Source: a virus (lineage: Duplodnaviria; Caudoviricetes). Taken from it: 52,326 bases of DNA. The stretch is from IMG/VR virus record IMGVR_UViG_3300029317_000050, positions 1 to 52,326 of that record. One strand, written 5' to 3'. A program made the position numbers and the translations under genes. The notes below the pieces were generated by a model, which was not told the origin of the DNA, did no database searches, and worked only from the letters and a program-made list of their open reading frames with translations. Position 1 is the stretch's first letter, and every line of letters starts with the position of its first letter. Shown piece by piece: positions 1 to 8,893 of the stretch.

Positions 1-90
1 AGCGGCACAGCCTGTGTCACGCTGAATCCAGTGGTTTGGGTTGCACTTGTCAATACCGTCTTTCGGTGTGCCGAATAAATCAATTTGCAT
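1..90 (-). CDS. Partial hypothetical protein (MQIDLFGTPKDG...), runs off the window
   Basis: ATG at 90 with AGAGGGG RBS; open frame to position 1. Confidence 0.6.
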   Translation of the reverse strand, partial: MQIDLFGTPKDGIDKCNPNHWIQRDTGCAA

Positions 91-128
91 ATACGCCCCT
101 CTTCTATAACTTTTCATCTTCGACAAAA

Positions 129-380
129 TTACGACTTAGGCTCTGGAATAATAAAGCCTTCTGTATATTCCCCCGCCCAATATTCAATCTCATTGCTAGA
201 ATGCAAACTCTCTAGAAGCTTGTTGCACTCTTCATCCGTTAAGTCGTGCTTGCTGCCAACAACCGCCCTAATGCTTTCGGCGTCTGCTGGCGCTCCATAA
301 GCGTTGGCGTGCCATCCTATGTAATGCAAGCAGCGCTCTTTGCTTGTTAGTGGATCAATTTTGTTTCCTGATGCAGGCAT
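129..380 (-). CDS. Phage hypothetical protein
   Basis: 83-aa ORF with GAGG RBS, co-oriented with the early-left operon. Confidence 0.7.
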   Translation of the reverse strand: MPASGNKIDPLTSKERCLHYIGWHANAYGAPADAESIRAVVGSKHDLTDEECNKLLESLHSSNEIEYWAGEYTEGFIIPEPKS

Positions 381-471
381 TGTTAATTTTTCCTCTTCGA
401 CAAAATAGGCGTTTTACTACCCAAAAAGCCCCTAGCTATGAACACTGCGGGGCGCGCTGTTTTGGTTTAGA

Positions 472-1230
472 TCAATAATATTCATCATCCTCATCCGTCA
501 ATTCATATTCGCAAGCCTCATGTATTTCATCGTCTTCCAGGTCGATAATTATTTCTGAATTTGCGCAATGCAATTGGTAGAGGAGCTTTTCAATGTTGTA
601 GAACGGGCCAACAAATAAGTTGTTTTTTAGATTTGTGTCATTGATGGTCATAGTGAAGACTTCCCAGTAAACTTCGCCTGTTCTGTTTCCGTTTTCGTCT
701 TCTCTGTGCTGTTTAGAAAGCCCTATCTGGTAATTGCATTGGTACCTGCTGGCATCGGGCTTTTGGTCGATATTTATTCGCCTAAAGAAGTTGTCGTGCC
801 TATCTTCAACCCTACAGGTCATGTTGCCCCATCGGTTGTCGCTTTCGCTTGCTTCTTCAGTGAATTGCCCTTTAGCTTGCTTTATGATGTCTGACAGCTT
901 TATTTGCTTCGGGGCTTCAACTAACATCGATTCCAGCGTCTTTTTTAGTTTCGCTTCGCTTTCGCCATGAAGTTGTTTTGACATTATTGTGGAAATCATC
1001 TTGATGATATGGTCGTGGTAGCCTTCTAAGCCGATTCCATCAAAATCGATATTCAGCTTGTCGTCAATATAGGTTTTTAGACCCTTTCCAAAACTGGAGT
1101 ATTCCTTAAATGAGTCCTCCATTATGCTTTCAATTGTGCTTGTGACCTTTGCCTCTATCAGCTCCTGTATTTTCCCTTCGTGATCCATGTTTGCAATTGT
1201 GTCTTGAACTACCTTGTTTATATCTAACAT
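472..1230 (-). CDS. Phage hypothetical protein
   Basis: 252-aa ORF with acidic C-terminus in the early-left operon. Confidence 0.8.
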   Translation of the reverse strand: MLDINKVVQDTIANMDHEGKIQELIEAKVTSTIESIMEDSFKEYSSFGKGLKTYIDDKLNIDFDGIGLEGYHDHIIKMISTIMSKQLHGESEAKLKKTLESMLVEAPKQIKLSDIIKQAKGQFTEEASESDNRWGNMTCRVEDRHDNFFRRINIDQKPDASRYQCNYQIGLSKQHREDENGNRTGEVYWEVFTMTINDTNLKNNLFVGPFYNIEKLLYQLHCANSEIIIDLEDDEIHEACEYELTDEDDEYY

Positions 1231-1292
1231 ACCAATTTCTCTTTTTTATCAATCTGTAAAATGCGCGGGGGAATGCTTTGATGGGCGAACTT

Positions 1293-2297
1293 TCAGGGTT
1301 GCCCGTAGCTAATCGAAGTATTGGTGATTCTTTTGTTGTGGATCGCCAGCGTTACGCGTCGGGCGGTCTCTTCATCAATCTTTGCCCATTCCATAAGACT
1401 TTCTTTAACTGCTGCTAGAGTCGCTGTATGAGGGTTGAGCGATGGGGTGGCAGGCTGAGCTGAAGGCGTTACAGCTGGTTGTTGCGTAGGTTCTTGCTGA
1501 GGTTGTGGTTCAGGCTTCGTTTCGTTCTCTGCTTTCTTGCGATCAAACGTACTATTGGTTAGAAGGGCGATTTCGTGACATTCTTCAATTTCATTCCTTA
1601 GCTTTAACTCTGCAGCTTTAGCATCGGCTACGCGCTTGGCTTCGGTACGCTTACGGTCAAATTCATTGTTCAGAAATAAGCCTATTTCATGGTCGGCGTC
1701 ACGAATGATTCTTTGCTTTTCTGTCTCAACTTGTTTCAGTGCTTTTTCCGTGGCTTCTTCGGCTGCTTGCTCTGCAATCTGCCTTTCATGAGCCATACGG
1801 TCCGATTCAGCCAACGCTGCAGCGTCTGCCTTGTCTCGATCAAGCTTTTCATTCATTAGAAGTGCTAGCTCGTGACATTTATCGACTTCAATTTTCAGGG
1901 CTTCGGCTGCAACTCTTTCCTCTTCCTCTTTCTTGATCCTCGCCTGGTCTGCTTCCCAGTCGGTGAGGGGTTTGCGGGTTAAGTCTCGAAGAGCATCCAT
2001 TTCTCTTGAAAATTCACGAAGCTCATCTTCTATTATTTTAGGAGTAGCTTTGATTACCTTGAGATATTCGCGACCTGGCTTTGTTACTGCAGTCTTTGAT
2101 GAAGACACTGCACTTGCTAAGCTCTTGATGCGAGCTCTACCTTTTGTGGTTGTCAGGTCTGGAACTTCGCTGGCCTTTTCGCGAGCGTCATCGATAAATA
2201 CCTGTAATCCACCTTTGCAATAAAGGGTAGGGTAGTTTTCTTTTTTGATATCAGGGAGCGGGGCTATTACTTGCTTTTCTTCTGCTGTGCTTGGCAT
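1293..2297 (-). CDS. Coiled-coil phage early protein (type often auto-annotated TolA-like)
   Basis: PDLTTTKGRARIKSLA...RKPLTDWE segment and long Ala/Glu/Lys helices; start moved to the ATG at 2297 (AAGG RBS). Confidence 0.75.
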   Translation of the reverse strand: MPSTAEEKQVIAPLPDIKKENYPTLYCKGGLQVFIDDAREKASEVPDLTTTKGRARIKSLASAVSSSKTAVTKPGREYLKVIKATPKIIEDELREFSREMDALRDLTRKPLTDWEADQARIKKEEEERVAAEALKIEVDKCHELALLMNEKLDRDKADAAALAESDRMAHERQIAEQAAEEATEKALKQVETEKQRIIRDADHEIGLFLNNEFDRKRTEAKRVADAKAAELKLRNEIEECHEIALLTNSTFDRKKAENETKPEPQPQQEPTQQPAVTPSAQPATPSLNPHTATLAAVKESLMEWAKIDEETARRVTLAIHNKRITNTSISYGQP

Positions 2298-2373
2298 TGT
2301 GATGTACCTTTTGATTGTTGTTACCGACAAAGCCCCCAATCAAGGAGGCTTTTGAGCGAGGTGGAGCTAGGTG

Positions 2374-2754
2374 TTACTGGGCTGCAGCTGGTTCAAGTGG
2401 TGCACTGGCAAGATATAAAGAAACCTCTTCCGGATCAAAGCACTTGTTGACAGTAAGCATTGTTTGCATTGGAAGGCTTTCGCTTGTAGTCGAGGCGCAA
2501 ACGGTATTAAGAGTTCCAAAGCTATTGGCTTCTTTTTTGATGAAATCCAAAGCCTTCTCGGAAGACATGCCGATTTCAATGTGGCGTGATGTTTCGTTGG
2601 TGCGCTCAATGACAAGCTCTTTCTTGGGTTGTGGTTTTGCTACTGGCATTTTTGTTCCTTTATCGTTTGGTTGCATTGATACTGCTGCGATTGAAATCAA
2701 TGATAAAATCAGCATTATTGCTGCGTTGGTATTTCTCATTGTTTGGGTTTGCAT
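2374..2754 (-). CDS. Hypothetical exported or membrane-anchored protein
   Basis: N-terminal hydrophobic stretch AAIMLILSLISIAAV. Confidence 0.6.
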   Translation of the reverse strand: MQTQTMRNTNAAIMLILSLISIAAVSMQPNDKGTKMPVAKPQPKKELVIERTNETSRHIEIGMSSEKALDFIKKEANSFGTLNTVCASTTSESLPMQTMLTVNKCFDPEEVSLYLASAPLEPAAAQ

Positions 2755-2789
2755 TGGTGTTACGTCCGTTTAACTGTTCTAGCTCGCCT

Positions 2790-3332
2790 CTAAAAGGGTA
2801 TGTCGTCCTCGAATTCAGAGCTTGCTGGTGATGGCGCGCCTTGCTGCTGAGGTGCTTGGCTATATTGCGGTTGCTGTGATTGTTGTGGTCTTTGCTGTTG
2901 ACTGGCCTGCTGCTGAGGTGCTTGTGCGTAACCTTGGCTTGGAGCTTGTGATTGCTGATGACCTCCGCTCTGCTGCCCGCCATTGCCCTCGCTGCGTGTA
3001 TCAAGCATCTGCATTTCACTAGCAACAATCTCGGTGGTGTATCGATCATTACCACTTTGATCTTGCCACTTGTTAGTTCTCAATGATCCTTCAACGTAAA
3101 TCTTTGAGCCTTTGCGAAGGTACTCGCCAGCAATCTCAGCTAGACGATTGAAGAAAACTACGCGGTGCCACTCGGTTCGCTCTTGGTTCTGGCCTGATTG
3201 CTTGTCCTGCCACGTCTCGCTTGTTGCAATGCTAACGTTGGTTACTGCATTACCATTGGGCATGTAACGTGTTTCTGGATCCTGCCCTAGATTACCGAGG
3301 ACAATAACTTTGTTAATACCTTTCCTAGCCAT
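2790..3332 (-). CDS. ssb: Single-stranded DNA-binding protein
   Basis: [26 protein letters not shown]-rich linker and C-terminal FEDDIPF. Confidence 0.97.
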   Translation of the reverse strand: MARKGINKVIVLGNLGQDPETRYMPNGNAVTNVSIATSETWQDKQSGQNQERTEWHRVVFFNRLAEIAGEYLRKGSKIYVEGSLRTNKWQDQSGNDRYTTEIVASEMQMLDTRSEGNGGQQSGGHQQSQAPSQGYAQAPQQQASQQQRPQQSQQPQYSQAPQQQGAPSPASSEFEDDIPF

Positions 3333-3350
3333 GATTTGTTCCATAATTAT

Positions 3351-3378
3351 TAAAAAGAAGCGGGGTTCTACGCCCGCT
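3351..3378 (-). terminator. Putative intrinsic terminator after recT
   Basis: AGCGGG/CCCGCT stem followed by TCTTTTT on the minus strand. Confidence 0.5.
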
Positions 3379-3404
3379 ATAGGTCACAACGAGTCGGCAC
3401 GTTG

Positions 3405-4328
3405 TTAGGCTGCTTCTGAATTCTGATCTTGTGCTACCGCTTCGCCCTCGATGGGCTCAAAGCCAGCAAGAAGGGTTTTGTACTTTCCTTCGAGGTGACC
3501 TTTGTACTCAACTAAGTTGTTGTCCTTGGTCCAAGTCCATGCAATACCGAACTCAACTTTTAGCTCTTCTTTGGTTTTTGCCTCAGTCATGCACTTGGCG
3601 TGATGCATTAGCTTATCTTCGTCGTTTTCATGTACTACCTCCGATTGCATGAGATCGCCAAGAGGGGAGCTACTTACAGTTGCTTCGCTGGTGATGTCTT
3701 TTTCGCTAGGAGGGGAGTCTCGCAATTCATCTTCGGTATAAACCCCCATCATGATTTCAGGGCAGTGAAGACGAGCCCATCGCTTTACCGCAAGGTATGC
3801 AAGCTGCTGCTTGGGGTCTGAAGCCCATAATGTTGAGTTACGTGTTTGTGCTTGCGTTAGGTATAGGTCCAGCTGCGTGGGCTCCGAATCTCCTTTGAAG
3901 GTAGCGTAAACAGATACCCCCAAACCTTCTTCGTCAACAGGTTTCCAATCTGGAACTTTGTATTGCTTTTTTGTTGTCTGATTTGTTTTGGTGGCGAACT
4001 TACCAATAACTTTGTGCCAGTCTCCAAACCAGTTGTACTTGATGCGACTGGTAATAGGTGCGTTAGTGGTGATCACCGCATTAACTAGCTGTGCCTCATA
4101 GCCGAGCGTGCCGCTAACAACGTGAGTCTTTTGTCCTACAAGGTATGGGTTCATTCCCCACATAGAAGCTTGCATTACAAGAGCCAGACAGTCGCCAGGG
4201 TTGCGGTGAAAGTGAACGGGTAGCATAGCCTTGCTTGTGGACATGTATTCAGCAACTTTTATGTACTGAGTAAGCGTCTCGTTGTTTTGCAGCATGCTTT
4301 CATTGGTTACTGTTAATTCCGAGCTCAT
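3405..4328 (-). CDS. recT: RecT-family single-strand annealing protein
   Basis: NPGDCLALVMQASMWGMNPY, GYEAQLVNAVI, LWASDPKQQLAYLAVKRWARLHCPE; adjacent to an exonuclease. Confidence 0.9.
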   Translation of the reverse strand: MSSELTVTNESMLQNNETLTQYIKVAEYMSTSKAMLPVHFHRNPGDCLALVMQASMWGMNPYLVGQKTHVVSGTLGYEAQLVNAVITTNAPITSRIKYNWFGDWHKVIGKFATKTNQTTKKQYKVPDWKPVDEEGLGVSVYATFKGDSEPTQLDLYLTQAQTRNSTLWASDPKQQLAYLAVKRWARLHCPEIMMGVYTEDELRDSPPSEKDITSEATVSSSPLGDLMQSEVVHENDEDKLMHHAKCMTEAKTKEELKVEFGIAWTWTKDNNLVEYKGHLEGKYKTLLAGFEPIEGEAVAQDQNSEAA

Positions 4329-5170
4329 TAGCATTCACCTTCTTCAAGAGCGGTTAATTTTTTAATATTCCAGGGAGCCAAGCCCATTGCTATGGATCCA
4401 ACTTGATAGCCAGGCCAGTAATCCATATCGATTGATTCAGATAAGTCAGCAAGCCCCTTTTCAACGGTTAGTTGAGCAAGACGTTGAGCCATTTGGTCAA
4501 ACGTGCAGGGACCAATGGTGCAGTAAGGCTGCTCTGTTTCAGTGACTACGAATGCGAACTCTCTTTTGCCAGTGACGTATCGATAAAGGATGTCTTGTAT
4601 GTGATATCCAAGGTCCACAGCTTTCTTTGTAAAATGTTCCGGCTCCGCTGATGCTGCAGTTTTTAGGTCAATGGCAAGATCAGGAAAGTCGTAATCAACA
4701 CGCGCCTTCAATACGATGTTCGTGTAAATCTCGTGGCGCTTCCAGTAGGAAACTTCAGGAGTGCCGCCAGTGAAGAATTTGGAGTGAGACGCCATAACGG
4801 CTTTCGCCATATTCTTTGCGTCATCCATATTTTCAGCTTTAAGAATTGTTTTATCTGAATTCTCTTCCTTGTACTTTTTCCATGCGTTGCTATTGCGAGA
4901 CTTTATTTCTTCTGGCTGAGTCACAAACTCACCATCGAATAACTCAGGTGTTAGCACTAGGCAGTGAACGGTTTTACCAAGGTCAAAACAATCTTTTTGC
5001 TCGAATGGCTTGCCGTATTTGAACTTAGCTGGATTGGCTATGTACTTCTTTAGTGAAGTTGACCCAAAGCCATGAGACTTGTGATACATCTCTTCATTAA
5101 AACCTTCAATGCGAAGCGTTTCACCGGGCCGCAGTGCCGCGATTTTTGTATTTATTTGTTCAAGATCCAT
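4328..5170 (-). CDS. RecE/exonuclease VIII-like PD-(D/E)XK nuclease (DUF3799-type)
   Basis: YH...GSTSLK, GKTVHCLVLTPE, KARVD, DLKT and YHIQ motifs; next to recT. Confidence 0.88.
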   Translation of the reverse strand: MDLEQINTKIAALRPGETLRIEGFNEEMYHKSHGFGSTSLKKYIANPAKFKYGKPFEQKDCFDLGKTVHCLVLTPELFDGEFVTQPEEIKSRNSNAWKKYKEENSDKTILKAENMDDAKNMAKAVMASHSKFFTGGTPEVSYWKRHEIYTNIVLKARVDYDFPDLAIDLKTAASAEPEHFTKKAVDLGYHIQDILYRYVTGKREFAFVVTETEQPYCTIGPCTFDQMAQRLAQLTVEKGLADLSESIDMDYWPGYQVGSIAMGLAPWNIKKLTALEEGEC

Positions 5171-5325
5171 TATGCTCTCACGATAGGTAGTGGAAATTTA
5201 ATTTTTTTGCCGTAGGCTTTGTGCATGTTTGCCAAATCTAATCGGCGGTAGAAGTTCTGCTTTCGTTGTCGATTTGAGTTGATGCGGTCGTTACCCTCAA
5301 CAGGCTGATTGAATATTTGTGCCAT
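5170..5325 (-). CDS. Small basic hypothetical protein (51 aa)
   Basis: ATG at 5325 with GAGG RBS; stop abuts the exonuclease start. Confidence 0.55.
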   Translation of the reverse strand: MAQIFNQPVEGNDRINSNRQRKQNFYRRLDLANMHKAYGKKIKFPLPIVRA

Positions 5326-5683
5326 TGATTGCCTCTGCTTCAGTTGCGTTAAATCGTTGTAGTTGGTATGCGAAGTAGTCTGAAATGCTTTCGCCTGTAG
5401 CGCTTTGTTCTTCGATAATTTCAGATATCTGTGGCTTGTGCTCTTCGCGCAATAGGTGTGCAACCTGCTGAGCATAAGCTCGCGCATTCTTTGGAATGTG
5501 TAACGGCAACAATGAGAGGCTGAAAAGCTTTTCATCATGAGCTAGCGTTTCATCAATTCCACTACCGTTCTCTACAGCCAATTGCTCGCGGTACATGGAT
5601 ACCATTACATCTTGCTGCAGTGTCGCTGAGTTGCCCCATGACTTGATTGCATTTTCCAGAATGTAGGTGCGTAGGTTGTTCAT
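5297..5683 (-). CDS. First gene of the early-left operon, hypothetical
   Basis: 128-aa ORF just downstream of the operator cluster. Confidence 0.7.
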   Translation of the reverse strand: MNNLRTYILENAIKSWGNSATLQQDVMVSMYREQLAVENGSGIDETLAHDEKLFSLSLLPLHIPKNARAYAQQVAHLLREEHKPQISEIIEEQSATGESISDYFAYQLQRFNATEAEAINGTNIQSAC

Positions 5684-5709
5684 TTATTTTATCTTTCCCT
5701 TTGTTGCTG

Positions 5710-5770
5710 TAGCAAGATATTGCTATATATTACATGCGCTGCAAGATAATGCAATAGCAATATATTGCTA
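5710..5770. promoter_or_regulatory. OL-like operator cluster (3 sites) with putative PL
   Basis: TAGCAAGATATTGCTA 5710-5725, CTGCAAGATAATGCAA 5739-5754, perfect palindrome TAGCAATATATTGCTA 5755-5770; same motif as in the cI-cro gap. Confidence 0.8.
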
Positions 5771-5859
5771 TTTAAAATTTATATTTCAGAATGCAGCTAC
5801 TCGCATTAGGCTGATGATTTCTGTATCGTCTCAACCTCTTTTTTCTAGGAAGGTAAAAA

Positions 5860-7941
5860 ATGAAAAGATTTACTTTAGTATGGGCTCTAATTATGAGCTT
5901 GAGTGTGGGGGAGTCTGTTGCTACGGATTTCGATAGTTTTGATTTTTTAGAAACGAATGTGTCTTCGGTTGCTAAAATGAGCCAGCCAATTAAGAAAGCA
6001 CCTGGTGCTGTAACAGTTATTACAGAAAAGCAAATCAAGCAGCTAGGTATTAAGTCTATAGCGGAGGCCATGAGATTGGTTCCAGGCTTCCATGTGGATT
6101 TTTCTAGCCCATTTACCTATGTAAATAGAGGGGCGAACTTCCCAACGGCTCGACGCCTACAAGTATTGATTGACGGAGTTAGCGAGGTTAATCCACTGGT
6201 AGGTGTAATTAACTGGGAGAACTTCCCGGTAGCTTTGGAGCGTATAGAGTCGATAGAAGTTGTTAGGTCACAATCCTCCGCAGCTCATGGAGCAAATGCT
6301 TTTTTCGGGACGATAAATATTGTTACAAAACACCCTGATGATATAAAAGGTGCTGAGTTACGAGTCGCGGGATCAAAAAAGGAGCGCACAGTTTATGGAG
6401 GCGGGGGCTTTGTAGCAGGGAATACCACCATAGCCATGGACTACAAGCATCATAATGCAAACAGATTCGATGAGTTTGCCGATGGGCGTCCTAATAGGCA
6501 CGATGACATGAGAGTAAAAAAAATCAATGTCACGACTCATACTAAAATTGACTCCGACCAGTCGATAATATTAAAGCTTGGGGCTGTTAGGTCAGATATG
6601 GAGCACCAACTATCTCAAACTGAGCCATTCGGGACTGAGCTGCCCATTGTAGAGCTTGATTCAAATGTTGCATCGTTGCGTTTTTTGAAGAGCACAAAGA
6701 ATCACGAGTTTGAGGCAAAAGTCTATTTCTATGAAAAAGACTGGCAGCACGAGTGGGACTTCTGCGCGCCTAAGTTGTTTTATGTTCCAGGGTTGGGTGA
6801 TCTCTATCGAGATAATAGTGCGCTTGTATTGGCAGCGTTAGGAGGCGCCGCTTTGCCTTCGGCGACAACAGACGAAATGATACGATTGGGAGGGATTTTT
6901 ACAGAAATAGCGGGGGACCCTACGTCCGGAGATACTGTGTGTGGAGAAATTAACGTTGATTATCGTTACAAAACGTATGCCGGGTCTATAAGTGATGTGT
7001 GGAGTATAACCGAAAAATTAAGGGCGTCGTCTAGCTTTCAATTGGATTACCGATGGATGGAAAGCGAAACGTATAACGATGGCGTTACTTCAATTCAAAA
7101 ATCAAAATTCTTTACTAATGTCGAGTACTTGCCCTTTGACAACCTAACGTTGAATGTGGGCTTTATGGCTGAATCGCTAGGTTATGACCTAGGAAACCCC
7201 GAGATCTCCCCTAGAATTGGCGCTAATCTTCATATAAATGATAGCAATACGCTAAAGCTTGTCTATTCAATGGGCAGCCGTTTAATTGATGGGATCGAGA
7301 TAATCGAGAGCAACCAAGTTCCCGTTCATTTCAATTTTGAAGTTTATGGTTCAACAAGACAATCACCATTTTTGGGATATTTTCCACTTTATAACAACAA
7401 AGACCACGTAGAAAGAATCGAGTCTACAGAGGTTATCCATTACGTAAAGGCGGGTGATTGGATGCTTGAAACGCGGGTCTTTCTTGAAGAATTAGACAAC
7501 ATCCTTAACTATCAAGATCAGTCAGGTTCGAGTATTACGGCGCTGGATAGAAAAGGTGGAGAGTTTACGGTGCGTTATAAAGTATCTGATATTGATGTGC
7601 GCTTTGCGGGCCATTATTTAGATAGCGATTCGAAAGACAAAATATTTTTCGATGATTATCATGCCTATGGTGGCAGTGCTTACGTAGCGAAAACGTGGGG
7701 CGATATAACCGGTAGCCTGTCATATTACGGTACTAGCGCTATAGATTATTCTTCATATGACCGCACGGACGCTCGAATTGCAAAGGTGTTCACACTAGAA
7801 ACGGCACAAGTTGAGTTGTCTGGGATGCTTTCTAGGCATAGAGAAGTGTATGTTAGGGCTCTTGATTATGGCGGTTTGATTGATGGAGGAAAGCGAGATA
7901 GCGTGAATGAAGTAACTCTAGAGGTTCGATTCACTCTTTGA
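5860..7941 (+). CDS. TonB-dependent outer-membrane receptor
   Basis: Signal peptide; plug motifs APGAVTVIT...SIAEAMRLVPG, LIDG, IESIEVVRS...HGANAFFGTINIVTK; SPRIGAN; C-terminal beta strand. Confidence 0.92.
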   Translation: MKRFTLVWALIMSLSVGESVATDFDSFDFLETNVSSVAKMSQPIKKAPGAVTVITEKQIKQLGIKSIAEAMRLVPGFHVDFSSPFTYVNRGANFPTARRLQVLIDGVSEVNPLVGVINWENFPVALERIESIEVVRSQSSAAHGANAFFGTINIVTKHPDDIKGAELRVAGSKKERTVYGGGGFVAGNTTIAMDYKHHNANRFDEFADGRPNRHDDMRVKKINVTTHTKIDSDQSIILKLGAVRSDMEHQLSQTEPFGTELPIVELDSNVASLRFLKSTKNHEFEAKVYFYEKDWQHEWDFCAPKLFYVPGLGDLYRDNSALVLAALGGAALPSATTDEMIRLGGIFTEIAGDPTSGDTVCGEINVDYRYKTYAGSISDVWSITEKLRASSSFQLDYRWMESETYNDGVTSIQKSKFFTNVEYLPFDNLTLNVGFMAESLGYDLGNPEISPRIGANLHINDSNTLKLVYSMGSRLIDGIEIIESNQVPVHFNFEVYGSTRQSPFLGYFPLYNNKDHVERIESTEVIHYVKAGDWMLETRVFLEELDNILNYQDQSGSSITALDRKGGEFTVRYKVSDIDVRFAGHYLDSDSKDKIFFDDYHAYGGSAYVAKTWGDITGSLSYYGTSAIDYSSYDRTDARIAKVFTLETAQVELSGMLSRHREVYVRALDYGGLIDGGKRDSVNEVTLEVRFTL

Positions 7942-7960
7942 TTAAAGTGTTGAGGGCTGC

Positions 7961-8893
7961 TTAATGCAGCCCTTTCTTTATTATGCCTTGCTCAACGAGC
8001 TTGCGGTTATTAGGTATGTCGTGAGCTGGTACGATGTGTATATTCGGGAATTCATTTTTTATACGAATTAGTGATTTGATTTGTGAATTTACGGCTTCGC
8101 TGTCTTCTCCAAGGATTATATGACTTGAAATTCTTGGTTTTCCTACTTCAAGCGTAATATTTGCCATTGAATACGCAATATCTCCAACTAGTAATATTTC
8201 AGTTCCGTTTTTTAACTTGATATACATTCCCTGGTTACCTGGGGTATGCCCTGGCACATTGAATAAAACCACACCAGGGGATATTTTATAAAGCCCCTTG
8301 TTGTCTATCACGTTCACTTTATCAAGCTGAGAAAGGCTAATAAACCCGTCTTTCATTGATGCCATCATATCGCTATTTCTTTGTGCTTTCGATACATAAA
8401 TAACATGCTTTATCTTGTCGAAAAGTTCAGTGTTAAATGCTCCGGCAAAGTGGTCCCAGTGCTCGTGAGTGAAATAGATTTGATGAGCCTTTTCTAGTGA
8501 TTTTTGCATTTTATTGTAGGCTTCTTCGTCGTAGTCATAAGCCCAAATCATAGTGTCGTGAAGCGCTTTGCTATGGACCGGATCAATGATTGAATAGCCA
8601 ACATCATATACTAGTTGATAGGTGACAAATTCGAATAGAGTTTCGGTTGTATGCCCCTTTGCCAGGCGAAACCATGACGGGAATTCACCGCGTGCAATTG
8701 TTATACTGCGCAGCTCGTTTGGTAGCTCCTCCGGTGTGTCGTCCACCATTATTTGCATGCGCTTAATGATTGTAGGCGTTAAATAGGGTGACTCGGTAAC
8801 GCTGTTTAAAGGGTCGCTATACCATAGGTAATAATAGGTTGATAGTGATACGGTGAACAGTATTGTGATGATTGCTAAAAGCTTACGGTTCAA
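7961..8893 (-). CDS. Exported or membrane-anchored metallo-beta-lactamase-fold hydrolase (lactonase-like)
   Basis: THEHWDH, PGHTPG, GDIAY and PAHD metal-binding motifs; N-terminal TM/signal. Confidence 0.88.
   Translation of the reverse strand: MNRKLLAIITILFTVSLSTYYYLWYSDPLNSVTESPYLTPTIIKRMQIMVDDTPEELPNELRSITIARGEFPSWFRLAKGHTTETLFEFVTYQLVYDVGYSIIDPVHSKALHDTMIWAYDYDEEAYNKMQKSLEKAHQIYFTHEHWDHFAGAFNTELFDKIKHVIYVSKAQRNSDMMASMKDGFISLSQLDKVNVIDNKGLYKISPGVVLFNVPGHTPGNQGMYIKLKNGTEILLVGDIAYSMANITLEVGKPRISSHIILGEDSEAVNSQIKSLIRIKNEFPNIHIVPAHDIPNNRKLVEQGIIKKGLH

Noticed and set aside
2830-2990. Gln-rich low-complexity repeats in ssb
   Set aside because: Ordinary disordered SSB linker
5326-5538. 5' extension of the 122-aa ORF at 5170-5538
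   Set aside because: Overlaps gene 5297-5683; the ATG at 5325 has the RBS
7961-8893. Antibiotic-resistance metallo-beta-lactamase
   Set aside because: The fold motif alone is not evidence; the GHTPG/GDxxY/HD pattern and context fit non-beta-lactamase hydrolases
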